Shown here in pieces: positions 13,758 through 27,300 of a stretch of DNA of 64,000 nt; within the stretch, counting starts at the first letter, position 1; each line of letters opens with the position of its first letter. The notes beneath the pieces are model-generated. The model saw only the letters and a program-made list of their open reading frames with translations, was not told the origin of the DNA and made no database searches. The stretch spans positions 102,610,001-102,674,000 of the forward strand of contig OZ024745.1 of NCBI GenBank assembly GCA_964016885.1, read 5' to 3'. Both the position numbers and the translations under genes were made by a program. Source of the stretch: Eledone cirrhosa. Its lineage: Eukaryota.

Positions 13758-15149
13758 TATATATATATATATGTATACAGAGAGTGAGGGTGGCGTGATA
13801 GATATATGGATTGGGAGATAGTTAGATACGAATATATATATATGTACACACAGATATAATCACAGATTAAAGCATGCAAGCTCAATTGATTTTAAGATCA
13901 AAATGCTTTATCGTCTGATCATTATGCAATACAGATTCTCATTTTCCTTTCTTTCCACCATTGCACACAAAATGGAGGTTACAAAGTACACAAGTGGGCT
14001 GACAAAATTGCTGCTTTGTAATTCTTACAGCAAGATATTCCAACAGCAAGATATTTGATCAAAATATCAATATTATTTTGAGATTTCTCTAAAACAAGAC
14101 ATGTCATCATAACTCCAATAAAAGGCTTTTCACATATTTAATGGCATTTAGTAATAAAAACTGAGATGTTATCATCATCAGGATCGCTAATGGATGCAGT
14201 ATGGCCAAATGATTAAGAAGTTTCTCTTTCCTATCATTATTCTCAGCTTTGACCCCACTGTGTGGTATCGTGGGCAAGTGGCATTTACCTAAAATTGACC
14301 CTTGCCTTGTAAGTGAAATTGGGTAGATTGAAACTGTTTAGAAACCCATCAGATGAACGATACCTGTAATTGAAAGAGTCAAAATTGTCACATTTTCTGC
14401 CATGCTGAATCTCCCTGAGAATTATGCTAAGGGAACTGGTGTCTGTGGAATGTTAAGCCACTTAAATATTAATTTCCTGAGTAGGTTGTTCAGTTGATTA
14501 AAATCAACAGCGGCCTCTTCCTCCTCATGATTGGCAGCTATCACACCATCTCTGCCAATAAAAAACAACAAAAAGTGAGTCAATGAGGGTGCCTCTACCT
14601 GGTTCTTTGGCCTACTAGAAATACCAGTCAAATCTTTCTCAAATCACATTCAAGCATGCTTAGAAAAAGACATTTTGAAAAGTTTGGTCTTGATCGTATC
14701 TGGAATAATACAATCACCACTCCTGTACACTTCAACTACTTCCTCTGTCTCCTACTCATTCAATTATTCTCACCTGTGCCAAGACAAATGTGAATAAGCC
14801 TGGCATACAGCAATAAAACCTTTATTCTTGGCGATTTTCCCTCTGCATGGCAGTTCACAGTGTCTTAGTGCCATCCACTGAGAGTTACATTATTTGTAGT
14901 ATAGCATCCCTCATAGATAGTTCAGCAAAGTCCTTCCAAAATATTACTGCTGCTGAAGATCTTACCAGTACAGATCTTGTAGCTTTTGATGTCAAGGATA
15001 TTGGCAAATTGAAAAAGAAAAAATAGATTGAGAAGAAGAATAGAATATAAAATAAGAAAATATAAAAAAAACGGAAAAGGAAGGAAAAGACAAGGGATCT
15101 AGTATCACAGAAGAATGGGAAGGGGGAGGGTGATGGGCTCTAGGTCTAG

Positions 15150-15258
15150 GGCATGGCAGTAATAGGGCTGCACCCCGCAGACAAGACCACAAAAGCATTC
15201 CTGCGGACAATGGCCAGCAACACCCACTGCAACAGCCACCCCACCTCATGGGATTCTG
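15150..15258 (-). mobile_element. CRE-like (restriction-like endonuclease) LINE 3'-terminal fragment
   Basis: Minus frame HEVGWLLQWVLLAIVRRNAFVVLS resembles the L.QR.S.A..RGNA..V C-terminus of CRE-clade ORFs. Homologous to 37000 and 44570. Confidence 0.6.
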
Positions 15259-15663
15259 TTAATTTATTGCTGTTTTTGTTATTTCTGCTGTCACTATTGG
15301 TGTTGCATTCTTTACTGTTATTGCTGCTACTAATGGTATTGACATCCACAGATCTTATCTTAGAGTTGAAATTGCTATCACTTTGACGTGAACATTTCTA
15401 TATTCTGCAACAGAATCTTCAATATTTTTCTCTTGCAAATGAAGAATGACATCAGTTCATCTCTATATCTCTTTTCACCATGACAAAAATATATAGAGCA
15501 GCCATGTTTCATGAAATTAGCATTACATGTCTTTTAAACCAATCTTTATGGAAATTTCCCGATTAATTATAAAGCTCACTATTTTCTAGTCACTAGGGCA
15601 CAAGTTTGTGAAATCTCAAAAATATATTTATATATATACACTTCATTATGTGTCAATTACAAA

Positions 15664-15856
15664 GGGTGGTGGATTGGCAGTATCGGTAGAGGGTCGGACG
15701 CCATGCTTTCAAGCATAGTTACGTCCCTTTACGATCTGAGTTCAAATCCCGCCGAGGTTGACTTTGCCTTTCATCCTTACGGGGTCGATAAAATAAAGTA
15801 CCAGTAATGCACTGACTGGATAATTGCTGGCCTTGTGCCTAAAGTAGAAACAATTA
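15664..15856 (+). mobile_element. tRNA-derived SINE family A, full length with TSD
   Basis: A-box TGGCAGTATCGG, B-box GAGTTCAAATCC, core gcctttcatccttacggggtcgataaaataaagtacc, flanked by the direct repeat attatgtgtcaattacaa. Confidence 0.9.
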
Positions 15857-16774
15857 TGTGTCAATTACAAGAGTCCTTCTTCTAAAGACAAGTCACATAT
15901 TTTAGGAGAGAAGTTTGAGAAAGCAATCTAATTAACCCTAGTGCTTAACTATTATTTCATCAATGCCCGAAGAATGAAATGTAAAGTCAACCTCACTGAG
16001 TTTTTAACTCAAAACATAAAGAGACTTAATGAAGCAATATGTTGATGCTCTACCAGTTCTCCCATTCTCTACCATCATCATTATTGCGATGACAGTCAAA
16101 CATTCCTGAAAATGTCTCTCCACAATTCACCATTTTCCATTACTCCTGGCAACTACTCTCTACTGCGGTTTGTATCATCTGAAAGTTGACCAATGAAGGT
16201 TAAAGCAAGTCTTCCTCTACTGCTTCTCCCGTGAGTTAATTCCCTCTGCTTGTGTATAACTTCCTGCTTACTTCTCCAGCAATATTCTGCAACTTATAAC
16301 CATATTTGAGCAATTGAAATTATCTAAGAATGAAAGAATAAATTAAGTATAAGTCTGAATATATTTAATTGTTATCTGTTTACTCTATCTAAAATATCTT
16401 TAAATTATCTGAAATGAAATAGACTAGAACAAAATAAATCAATATTAAATTAGTGTAAAGTAAATAAAAGGTTAAATTAAAAGAGGAAAAATTGGAAACA
16501 TTGTTTGAAAATGTTAATGCTTTCATAATGTCATCAAAGGTAAGTTAAGTTGCCAAATAATGTTATTTGCTGAGTAACCTATATTAAATATCATTGATAT
16601 TAGCTAGATATAATAATAAATTATACTCAAGAATTCAGCTAAGCCTGATTTAATTAGATTCAAAAGAGTAAAATCAAAGCTGGCTTAATGATAAATATGG
16701 ACTATTTTAATATATCTTTCTTTAAAAAATTGAATATATATAAACAAACAAACAAACTACAACAATAACAATAA

Positions 16775-17370
16775 TTTCTTATTTAGGCACAAGCCCAGCA
16801 ATTTGGGGAGAAGGGAAAGTCAACTAAATCTACCCTAGTGCATGACTGGCATTTTATTTTATCGACCCCGTAAGAATTAAAGACACAGCTAACATCGGTG
16901 GGATTTGAACTCAGAAAATAAAGGAACATAACTATATGTCACAAAGCCAACAATTTTGGGGAGGGGAGAGTCAATTAAATCAACCCCAGTGCGTGACTGG
17001 TACTTTACTTCATCGACCTCGTAAGGATGAAAGGCAAAGTTAACCTCGGCGGGATTTGAACTTAGACCGTAAAGGGACGTAACTCTATGCTGCAAAGCAT
17101 GTTGTCTGACGCCCTACCGATACTACTCCACTGCCCTATACTACCAAATAATAATAATAATAATAATGATTTCAACTATAGGCACAAGGCCAACAATATC
17201 GGGAGAGGGAAAAGTCAATTAAATCGACCCCAGTACATTACTGGTGCTTTATTTTATTGACCCCGAAGGATGAAAGGCAAAGCTAACCTCTGCAGAATTT
17301 GAACTTGGAACATAAAAGGCCGTAACTCTATGTCCGACGCTCTACTGATACTGCCAATCCACTGCCCTTA
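16775..17370 (-). mobile_element. Cluster of three SINE family A-related copies
   Basis: Three reverse-complement copies of the core (atcgacc..taaggatgaaaggcaaag..ggatttgaact) at ~16780-16915, 16935-17135 and 17170-17370. Confidence 0.8.
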
Positions 17371-17774
17371 TAACATTAATAATGATTTCTTTTATTTGTC
17401 TCAAGAGTCCAAGACACTGGAGACATTACAAGAATAAAAACAACATGGTCAAGTTTACACTGAGTAAAGGAAAGAAGACATCACCAAAGGGAAAACAGTA
17501 GATATAACAACAGTATCTATAATAAATAGTTATGTTAACAATATAATATAAAACAATAACAAATGTCAACTAGGGACAGTTTCCTTAATGGAGAGTGGGG
17601 ACTGCACTTTAGGGTAATTCCAGGAACACCCCTACACAAAACTCCAGATTGCTCTGTTGCTCCATGGACATAAAAATTGCCCTCTCCTCATCTCTTTCCT
17701 CTTGTTTAGAAAGACATAGTCAGAGTAGGCCCATTCAGTCTCGTCTATCTTGCCATTCTTTGATAAAACAAACT

Positions 17775-17990
17775 AGAAGGCAGCACCTCCCTATCAATAA
17801 CTTCCACATGAGTGGTAAACAAGATATTGGTCTGTAGTTCTTGACAGTATTTCCTTTTACCACATCTTTCATGTATAGAACTGTTGTGTCTTTTGTCAAC
17901 CAGTCTGGTATTTCCTCCCCATTTCCTATCAGAACGTTTAAACTGTTCTGCAATCCGTCATTATTTTTTGCTTCATCTGTACTTTTCATT
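17775..17990 (-). mobile_element. Non-LTR retrotransposon RT N-terminal fragment (R4/Dong-like)
   Basis: IPDWLTKDTTVLYMKDVVKGNTVKNYRPISCLPLMWKLL matches the RT domain 1-2 signature (P.W...G.T.LI.K....NYRPI.CL...WKL). Confidence 0.7.
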
Positions 17991-18176
17991 TTTCTCTCAA
18001 ATTTGAGGTGTGTGTTTTAAAGTTCCCACCAACTGATATTTTTTTCATGACATCATCCATAACAGGATATCCACCCAAGGATAAGGGATTACTGTAATCT
18101 TGATTTGATTTGGGAGTTTCCCTATCCTAGAATGGTTGTCATTCAAGACTAGCCATCCTCTCCTGCCCATTATTAA

Positions 18177-18399
18177 CCCTTTAACATTTACATTATTCTA
18201 TATATATACTATTGTATTTTTGTAGTAAAGGCTTTATCTTACATAATTATCTCACATAATATCGAATCTATGAGATTTTGATGTTATTTATTTGGGGAAC
18301 AATACCTTAACATCAGTATGAGCAACCAGTTATCGTTGGTTTGAACAAAAAGAGGTGAGAGAATTCTGGCCAGATACAGCCGGTTTAAATGCTAATGGG
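18177..18399. mobile_element. piggyBac-type MITE (family copy 3)
   Basis: TTAA|CCCTTTAACATTTA...TAAATGCTAATGGG|TTAA. Confidence 0.8.
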
Positions 18400-19016
18400 T
18401 TAATATTTTATTTATGTCAAACACCACAAAACAGAACTGTCTCACAGCAGACCCTTACCTCAAACTCCACCCAAAGAGCCATCCTTTCCCCACAATTCCC
18501 AGTGAATTTTTAAAACTTAGTTTACTTCATAGAAACATAACCTACAATGTAAGTAACAGAAATATTTTGCTTTATTTGATGTTACATTGATATTTCCACA
18601 TAGTTACCATGGCAACATATGTGTCAATACAGGTGTCTAAGACTTGTTAGTATTGGAGAGGGAGGTGTTGTATGAAATGAACTAAAATTATGAAGAAAAT
18701 GATTGCAAACATGTTGATTTTTTTTTTCTTAAAAGCATGATGGCGGTAATGTCACAAAACTATTGACAGCATTTATATTACCCTTGCCAAGTCAATGATC
18801 AATGCCAATCATTAAGAATGGCAATCTTAACACTGAGAACCACATTGATATATTTGAATATATCTCTCACTATACTCATTGAATAAACTGAGTGTTCAAG
18901 TTGCCATGTCTGTGCCTGCTTTCATACATGCATATACCCATAACTCTTGTGATTATAAACATACATTTATTCACAATATACATATGTACATATATTTATA
19001 TATTTCTTTGTCACTC

Positions 19017-19019
<3 letters not shown>

Positions 19020-19066
<47 letters not shown>
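19020..19066. repeat. (TG)n microsatellite
   Basis: Direct reading. Confidence 0.95.
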
Positions 19067-19067
<1 letters not shown>

Positions 19068-19430
19068 TGGATAGAGGACAGGTGGTTGGGATGTGGTGTA
19101 GACAAAGAGTAAAGATGAGGAAACATAGTAAAGAGTAAAGATGAAGAAACAGATTTTAGAGAAAACAAACCCTAAATGGGGGAGAGACATCAGTCAAGGG
19201 CTCTGAAATAAACTTTCCTGTAGAGAAAACAAGCAAAAGAAAATATATTGAAAAAGTAGGTCTATAGGCGAAGATTGACGATGGGAAATAAACCTCAGTC
19301 ACAGGAATTCAAAATAAAGATATACATATGTATATATATATAGGACTGTGCACTAGCTTGGCCTCAGCCGGATGGTTGGAACAGGTAAAAGAGTAAAAGA
19401 GTAAAAGATATATATATATATATAATATAT

Positions 19431-20551
19431 ATCTAGCTCCTTCAACTGCGCAGAGGGTTCTATAGAAATAGTGGACAGCTTCCGTTATCTGGGTGACAAA
19501 ATCAGCAGTGGGGGAGGGTGCTCTGAAAGTACAGTAGCTAGAGTCAGAACTGGATGGAAAAAGTTCAGAGAGCTTATACCACTATTAGCCGCTAGAGGGT
19601 TCTCCCTAAAAATGAAAGGCAGGTTATACGATGCCTGCATACGAACAGCAATGCTGCATGGCAGTGAGACCTGGGCATTGTGTGCAGAGGATATACGCAG
19701 ACTAGAGAGGAACGAAACTTGCATGCTCCGCTGGATGTGCAATAGTAATATACGTGAACGGCAAAGCATAAACGAACTAAGGAAAAAATTAGAAATAAGA
19801 GGGATCAGATGTTGTTTACTCGAGAGAAGGCTACGTTGGTACGGTCACGTGATGCGCATGAAAGACGACAGCTGTATAACAAAGTGCAGGGCAATAAAGA
19901 TAGACGGTAGCCACGGAGTAGGCAGACCCAGAAAAACATGGGACGAGCTGATAAATTCCGACCTCACACGCTTACACCTCTCCAAGACAATGTCACTGGA
20001 CCGAGACCTTTGGCGGTACTCAGTAATAGAGAAGACCCGCCTTACCTAAATACAAAGTAAAAACCTACTACAGTCAGTAGGCACCTCTATCAAAACACAC
20101 CCCCGTCCCACCACCTCCACCCCACCCACACCGCCCCTTTCAATGTAAAGTTATGTTGGTCCCACAACATCCAGGCCGAAACAAATGAGATCGTGTAGGT
20201 GTCACGACAAAAAACACACAGTCCACGCTGTAAATGTGGCCGTGTAGGCAACACGGTAAAAACCTCCCAGCCCCACACTGTAAATGTGGTTGGTGTTAGG
20301 AAGGGCATCCAGCTGTAGAAAACCCGCCAGACAGTCCACGCTGTAATGTGGCCGTGTAGGCAACACGGTAAAAACCTCCCAGCCCCACACTGTAAATGTG
20401 GTTGGTGTTAGGAAGGGCATCCAACTGTAGAAAACCCGCCAGACAGTCCTATGCGAGCAAGACAACCACTCTTGCCTCAAGTGGGAAAACCCCCGTCCAA
20501 ACCCATGCAAGCGTGGAACACGGACGCTAAACCTGATGATGATGATGATGA

Positions 20552-20555
<4 letters not shown>
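19431..20555 (+). mobile_element. 5'-truncated RTE-clade LINE (ORF C-terminus open at 19471-20049, 3'UTR, (GAT)n tail)
   Basis: DSFRYLG..RTGWKKFREL..MLHGSETW..RRLRWYGHVMR..GRPRKTW. The 3'UTR carries GGTGTTAGGAAGGGCATCCAGC inside a ~120-bp tandem duplication and ends gatgatgat. Inserted in (TA)n; same family as 24348-28675. Confidence 0.92.
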
Positions 20556-20593
<38 letters not shown>

Positions 20594-20662
20594 ATAATAA
20601 TAAATTTGAAGACTAAGGGTGAAAGCAGCGATTCTTTGCTTAATATTTAATCTGTTATTTTA

Positions 20663-20733
<71 letters not shown>

Positions 20734-20813
20734 GAGTAAGAGAGGGGATGAAATATCAAAAAATGGTTCTTTAGTCAGCAGTTGAAAGATAAACCCATCT
20801 CATGACAGTGCTC

Positions 20814-21255
20814 GTGGATTGGCAGTATCGGTAGAGGGTCGGACATGCTTTCCAGCATAGTTACGTCCCTTTATGGTCGCAGTTCAAATCCCGCCGAGGT
20901 TAACTTTGCCTTTCATCCTTACGGGGTCGATAAAATAAAGTACCAGTAATGCACTGGGTAATTGCTGGCCTTGTGCCTAAAGTAGAAACAATTATTAAGC
21001 AACGAACAAGTACAAAAAGAAATTATTGTTTTTATTATTGGATTGGCAGTATCAGTAAAGCATCAGACACCCTGATTCGCAGCATAGAGTTGGAGCCCTT
21101 TACGTTCTGAGTTCAAATTCCACCAAGGGTTAGCTTTGCCTTTCATCCTTATGGAGTCGATAAAATGAAGTACCAGTCACGCACTGGGGTCTATTTAATC
21201 GACTCCCCCACCCCCCAAAAAATTTGCTGGCCTTGTGCCTAAATCAGAAACCATT
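20814..21255 (+). mobile_element. Two tandem SINE family A copies
   Basis: A/B boxes and core at ~20814-20995 and ~21038-21255. Confidence 0.85.
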
Positions 21256-24007
21256 ATTATTATTATTAGTCAAGAAAGAATATAAGTTGGGTCTGAAAAG
21301 GTTTCCCATCATTACCATTAAAAGCTAATCTAAAATGTTTTGACATATAATCATGTAAATATTTTCATTTTGATGAAGTTTAACTCTTTTGATATTAACC
21401 CTGCCAATCCCCCTCTAGTTCTACAAAATAAAAACAGCCATTTTAAATGGGTTACTATTTAAATTAAAATATCTCCCAACATTACTTGATATAAGAACCT
21501 TTTGTTATGTTATAAATACCATCTTAATAATGAAACAAATTATAGTTTTTGTAAACTGCTCCAAATTCTTCATTAATTAATTAGAATACAACGTATTTCA
21601 TTAGAAATGTGGTCATGAAAGAGTTGATATTTAGAAACATTACAAATATTTCTGAATTAACCATTTGTGCAAAGGAATAATAAATCATCTGAAATAAACA
21701 GGGGAAAATATTGTAAAGAATATAGAGTTTTATTTAATAATGCTGGTGTAGTATTTTGGGTATTTGGCCATGGATTTCATTCTCAGATGTGGTGATATGT
21801 TGTGCCTTTGAACACCACACTTCATTTTACATTGCTTTAGTCTACTCAGGGGGAAAGCAGTGAGTTCCAGCAGCAGTTGGTCTAGCCTATTATTAGATGC
21901 TTAATACTACAAGAAACTGGGATTAGGTTCTAACCATAGAGGCATTCTCAGGTATATATTTAGTGTATATGAAGTTTTCAGTAATCATTTTAAATCAACT
22001 ACACAAATTGAGAAGCAGTAAATAACAAATAAATGAGGTGACCTTTAGACTAATACACTGTGTCTGAAAAACAAATGATGGAATTGACATGGTTGGAATG
22101 TCTAAGCTTATAGATCTGCCTCATAAGGTCCAAACAGCAATACCAGGAAATATTGATCTGAAAATAAATATTGTATGTAAATAAATGAATCATCATCACC
22201 GTGTAGCATCCATTTTTCCATGCTTGCATGTGTTAGACAGGTCGTCCATGATGGGAGGCAAGTCTGGCCAGAGTTGACCATGCTGTACCTTGCTCTAACA
22301 AGGACTGTAAATTTGTCCAGGTATTTTACAGCTGGATGCCCTTCTTAACACCAACCACATTTACACTGTGGAACTATTTACAGTGTGTACTTACTAAATG
22401 AATGTAGTCAGATTATTGATAGAGTGAAATGAATATATAGCTATTTATTATTATTATCCTGTTTTATAAGAGAGGATCATAGACAGTTCAGAATTTTTAC
22501 TGGCAAAATAACCTGAATTATATAACTACTGGCTAAACATCAAAATATTTTGAAAAGAGTACAAGGGGACTGGGGTATAAAATATATTTCAACCTTTTCA
22601 TTACTGTATTTTAATGAAATACACTGTATTTGAATTATAAAGAATTTTGAGTGATTAAATAAAATCCTTAATTATTTCATTTTTAAGATGGTATTTGTAA
22701 CATAATATGACATAAGGTTCTTATATAAAATTATATAAAATTATGTTGGAAGATATTAATTTAAATAAAAACTCTTTAAATTGTTTCGTTTCATAGAACC
22801 AAAGGTGGATTTTAAGTTACTCAAAAGATTTAAAGTATAAGTTGGAGTTTACCATAGAAAAGTACTTTATAATTTTGGTAATAATAGTGTGTGTAGTAAT
22901 TCTAATTTGAAGGGGTGGAGTAAATTTGTTGATAAGCAAAAAGGAAAATAACTGAAACAAACACTTTCCAACGTTTTTCATCTAATCAATGGATACACAG
23001 AAAATATGAATATGGATTACTGACAAATGTCAATGTTGTTGGGGGGGGTTGTCATCATCTTCACTGTGGTAGTGTTGATTCCAGTAATGGTGACAACTAT
23101 GAAGACATCAGCAGTGTGAATGAAGAAAATAATGACAGTAAACCGTAGGGCGATTTCTGTAAGGTTGCTTCAATTGATACAGAAATGTCAGCTTAGCAAA
23201 TCTGAATAAAGATATGCAAATTGTGAAGAAAAGATTGTGTTTAAGAAAGCTTAGAATTTAGAATTTTTAAAATGTATTATGAGTTTGAAAATATAAAAAT
23301 AAACAAATATGTAATGTCAAATTGAGAAATATTGTCAATATTAGAATATTAAATAAGAAAAAAGGTGAGCAACTATTGTTTGGAATTGAGCCAGGGGCAA
23401 ATGAAAATCCATTAGAATAAGAAGATTATTTTCATGATTGTTGCAAAACTGCTCACCAAATGAAATCTTTAAAAAGGGAGAGAGAAAAAGCAGCATATAA
23501 TTTGTAAAAGCAGACTAGTAGTTTTGAATACTTATCTTATCCTAGTTTATCATCAATGAATTTGCAAGTTAGACAACTTTGAATAAAAGTCTGCTATTCA
23601 TCATCATCATAATGTTTATGTCTTTTTTTCCATGCCTGGCTGATTTTCTATGGTCAGATAACCTTCTTGATATCAATCTATACATTATTCTCAGCATGGC
23701 ATAGACCACTTGAGTTTATGTTAAATCTCTATGCCAAAGGATATATTGCTTATGATGGACATAAACAACAGTAACTGCAGGCTTTATAAATATGCTCAAT
23801 AGGATGTTTCTTGCCACAAACACATAGACACACATACACATAAGGCACTGAACTGAGAAAGTCATTAGAATGTCAGATAGAATATTTTGTAGTATTTGCT
23901 CTGGCTCTTTGGTCTGTGTTTAAATCCTACTACAGTCAACTTCACTTTTCATCCTATTAGGGTTGTGAAATAAACTAGCAATTTAGTACTGGTGGCATCT
24001 TTCTCTG

Positions 24008-24193
24008 GGGATTGGCAGTATCGGTAGATGGTCTGACGCTATGCTTTGCAGCAAAGTGTTACGCCCCTTTATGGTTTGAGTTCAAATCCCGCCGAGGTTA
24101 ACTTTGCCTTTCATCCTTACGGGAGTCGATAAAATAAAGTACCAGTAATGTATTGGGTAAATGCTGGCCTTGTGCCAAAAGTAGAAACAATTA
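24008..24193 (+). mobile_element. SINE family A
   Basis: A-box, B-box, core and gtagaaacaatta tail. Confidence 0.85.
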
Positions 24194-24347
24194 TCTCTTT
24201 ATTTTTCTACTTTTATTGAAATAATTTGGTTTGGTTTCAGACCTGGAGAAATATTCTTGACTCTGATAGGTTTAAATGCCCAAGACATGCCTTATGTTAC
24301 AATAGCACCCATATGACTCCATCTGGTGTTCAGGGCTCATATATATA

Positions 24348-27300
24348 TCATCATCATTATCATCTTCGTTTAACGTCCATCTTCCACGCTAGCATGGGTT
24401 ACACGGGAGTTGTCCCACTTGAGGTAAGGTTGGTTGGGTGACCATGTCTCGCTCATATAGGACTATCTGGCAGGTTTTCTATGGCTGGATGCCCTTCCTA
24501 ACACCAACCACATTTACAGTGTGGAACTGGGAACTTTTTACTGTGTTACCTACATGGCCACATTACAGTGTGGACTGTGTGTTTTTTTGTTGTGACACCT
24601 ACACGATCTCAATCTCATTTATCTCATTTATTTGGACTGGATGTTGTGGTACCAACTTTACAGAGAGAGAGTGGTGTTGGTGGGATTGGGAGGATCGGGT
24701 AGGGGTAGTGGATTGGGGTGTATATTTGGTTAAGCGGTGCCTACTGACTATAGGTTTCGCTCTGTACATAGGCAAGGCGGGTCTTCTGTATTACTGCGTA
24801 GCGCCAAAGATCTCGGTCCAGTGACATTGTCTTAGAGAGGTGTAAGTGTGTAAGGTCAGAATTTATCAGATCGTCCCAGGTTTTTCTGAGTCTACCTACT
24901 CCGTAACTACCATCAATTTTGATCGCCCTGCACTTTTTTATACAGCTGTCGTCTTTCATGCGCATCACGTGGCCATACCAACGTAGTCTTCTCTCAAGTA
25001 AACAGCATCTGATCTTTCTTATTCCTAATTTCTCACTTAGTTCATTTATGCTTGGCCGTTCACGTATATTACTATTACACATCCAATGGAGCATGCATAA
25101 TTCATTCCTTTCCAGTCTGCGCAGGTCCTCTGCATGCAATGCCCATGTCTCACTGCCATGTAGCATTGCTGTTCGAATACAGGCATCATACAATCTGCCT
25201 TTCATTTTTAGAGAGAAACCTTTTGTGGCCAACAGTGGTATAAGCTCTCTGAACTTTTTCCATCCCGTTCTGACTCTGGCTACTGTACTTTCAGAACACC
25301 CTCCACCACTGCTGATTTCATCACCCAGGTAACAGAAGCTGTCCACTATTTCTATAGAACTATCTGGGCAATAGAAGGAGCTAGTATCCTGTGGGCACTT
25401 GCTACTTATTGCACCTGAGCGTCGGCCACATATAAAGTCTACGTTCTTAGATAGTTTACCTGTCATCGCACTACATCTTTTATGTACCCATAATTTGCAT
25501 TTGGGACATAAAATGGAATTTCTGCCTACTCCTTTCCTACACACTGAGCATGCCATATTTTCCTTTCTACAAACTAGAACTTTAGTCTTAGACAAGTTAA
25601 CTTTAAGGCCTTTTGATTCTAGGCCATGTTTCCATGTTTGGAATTTCTTCTCTAGTTCAGCTATAGATTCAGATCATCTGCGTATAGGCGTTCCCAATGC
25701 CAGCCGGTTTTGAACTCCTCTGTTATAGCCTGAAGGGCAATAATAAATAGGAGGAGGCTAAGGACAGAGCCTTGATGAACACAACTTTTACATTAAATTC
25801 TTCACAATATTCATTGTTAATTCCAACCTTACTGACTGTTTCTTTATACATAGCTTGTATAGCTCTCACAAGCAATTCATCTACATCTAGTTTTCTAAGA
25901 GCCTACCAGATAATGGAGTGGGGGACTCTGTCAAAGACTTTCTACAGGTCTACAAAAGCTAAGTAGAGGGGTTTACTTTTAGCTAGGTACTTCTCCTGTA
26001 GTTGTCGTACAAGGAAAAGAGCGTCTGTAGTACTTTTACCTGACACAAACCCAAACTGCATTTCATCTAGATCAATTCACTCTCTGATTAGTTGTGCTAT
26101 AACTCTTTCTGTGACCTTCATGACCTGGTCAACTAACTTAATGCCTCTATAGTTTACCCTATCGAGAGCATCCCCTTTACCCTTGTAGCAGTTAATGATG
26201 AAGCTGCTACACCAGTCTTTTGGTATGACCCCATTCTGTATTACTTGGTTAACTATACGGGTGACCATAGTATGTCCCACCATTCCAGATGCCTTCAACA
26301 TCTCAGCAACTATCTCCGAAGGCCCAGCTGCCTTGCCCGTCTTCATATCTTTGATTGCCTTACTTATTATACTACCTTTAACTTGCACCGCTGGTCCTTC
26401 TATTGGATCGATTTGGGGCTGACTATCTTTTTCCCATTTATTCTCCACATTTAATAGTCTCTCGTAATGACACTTCCAGGCTATCTTCTTATCAGTATCA
26501 GTGAGGGCAAGTACACCGTTATCATTATGGACACACTTCTCCCCGACAATATCACGGTTTTCCTTGACACATTGTCTAGCAATCCTGAACACCCTATGTT
26601 TTTGCTCCTCACGTTGTAGAATATGCTTGAACTTTCTATCCTCTGCTCCCCTTTTTGCAAGGTACACTTGTCTCCTAGCTTCTCTCCTGGCCACTTGATA
26701 GTGCTCTCTACTTCCCCCATCCTGACATACTTTCCAAGCCTGCTTTTTGGCCTTGATTCTCTCCTCCACCTTACTGTTCCACCACCAAGTTACTCTCCTC
26801 CTGCTAATCGGTCTGCTCCAGCCACAGATTTTATCCGTTGCTTTTAACAGGTTCACTTTCAAGAGTTCCCACTCTTCCTCTATATTGCACATCTCTAATT
26901 GCTCTTCCTTATTGTGAAAGGCATCAAGTAATAAGCTTTTAAATTTGTCATTGACTATGGGGTCCTTCAACTTCCATATTCTTCTCCTCAAGGTAGGCCT
27001 CCTCTGTCGTCGAGTACATCTATTCCTGACTATGAGGTCACTAACTACTAGGCTATGTTGGGAGGTGCATTCTTCACGGGGGGAGGGATTTAGTGTTTAC
27101 AACAGACATTTGTCACGTCTTCTAGTAAGAATATAATCTATCTGGCTGGCGTGTTCCGTGATCAAGTGTTTTCTCGTTTTTTGAAATTTGTGTTACAGAT
27201 AGTTAGGTTATTAGCATCACAGAATTCCAGGATTCTGAAGCCCTCCTTATTTCTATTTCCAACCCCATATCCTCCATGGATTCCATCATAGCCATCACTA

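Noticed and set aside
15153-15386. Dynein-like IGLHP peptide on the plus strand
   Set aside because: Stops lie immediately upstream; the opposite strand is better explained as a CRE-like LINE end.
15664-15760. tRNA genes at A-box/B-box sites
   Set aside because: No full cloverleaf; each continues into a SINE body.
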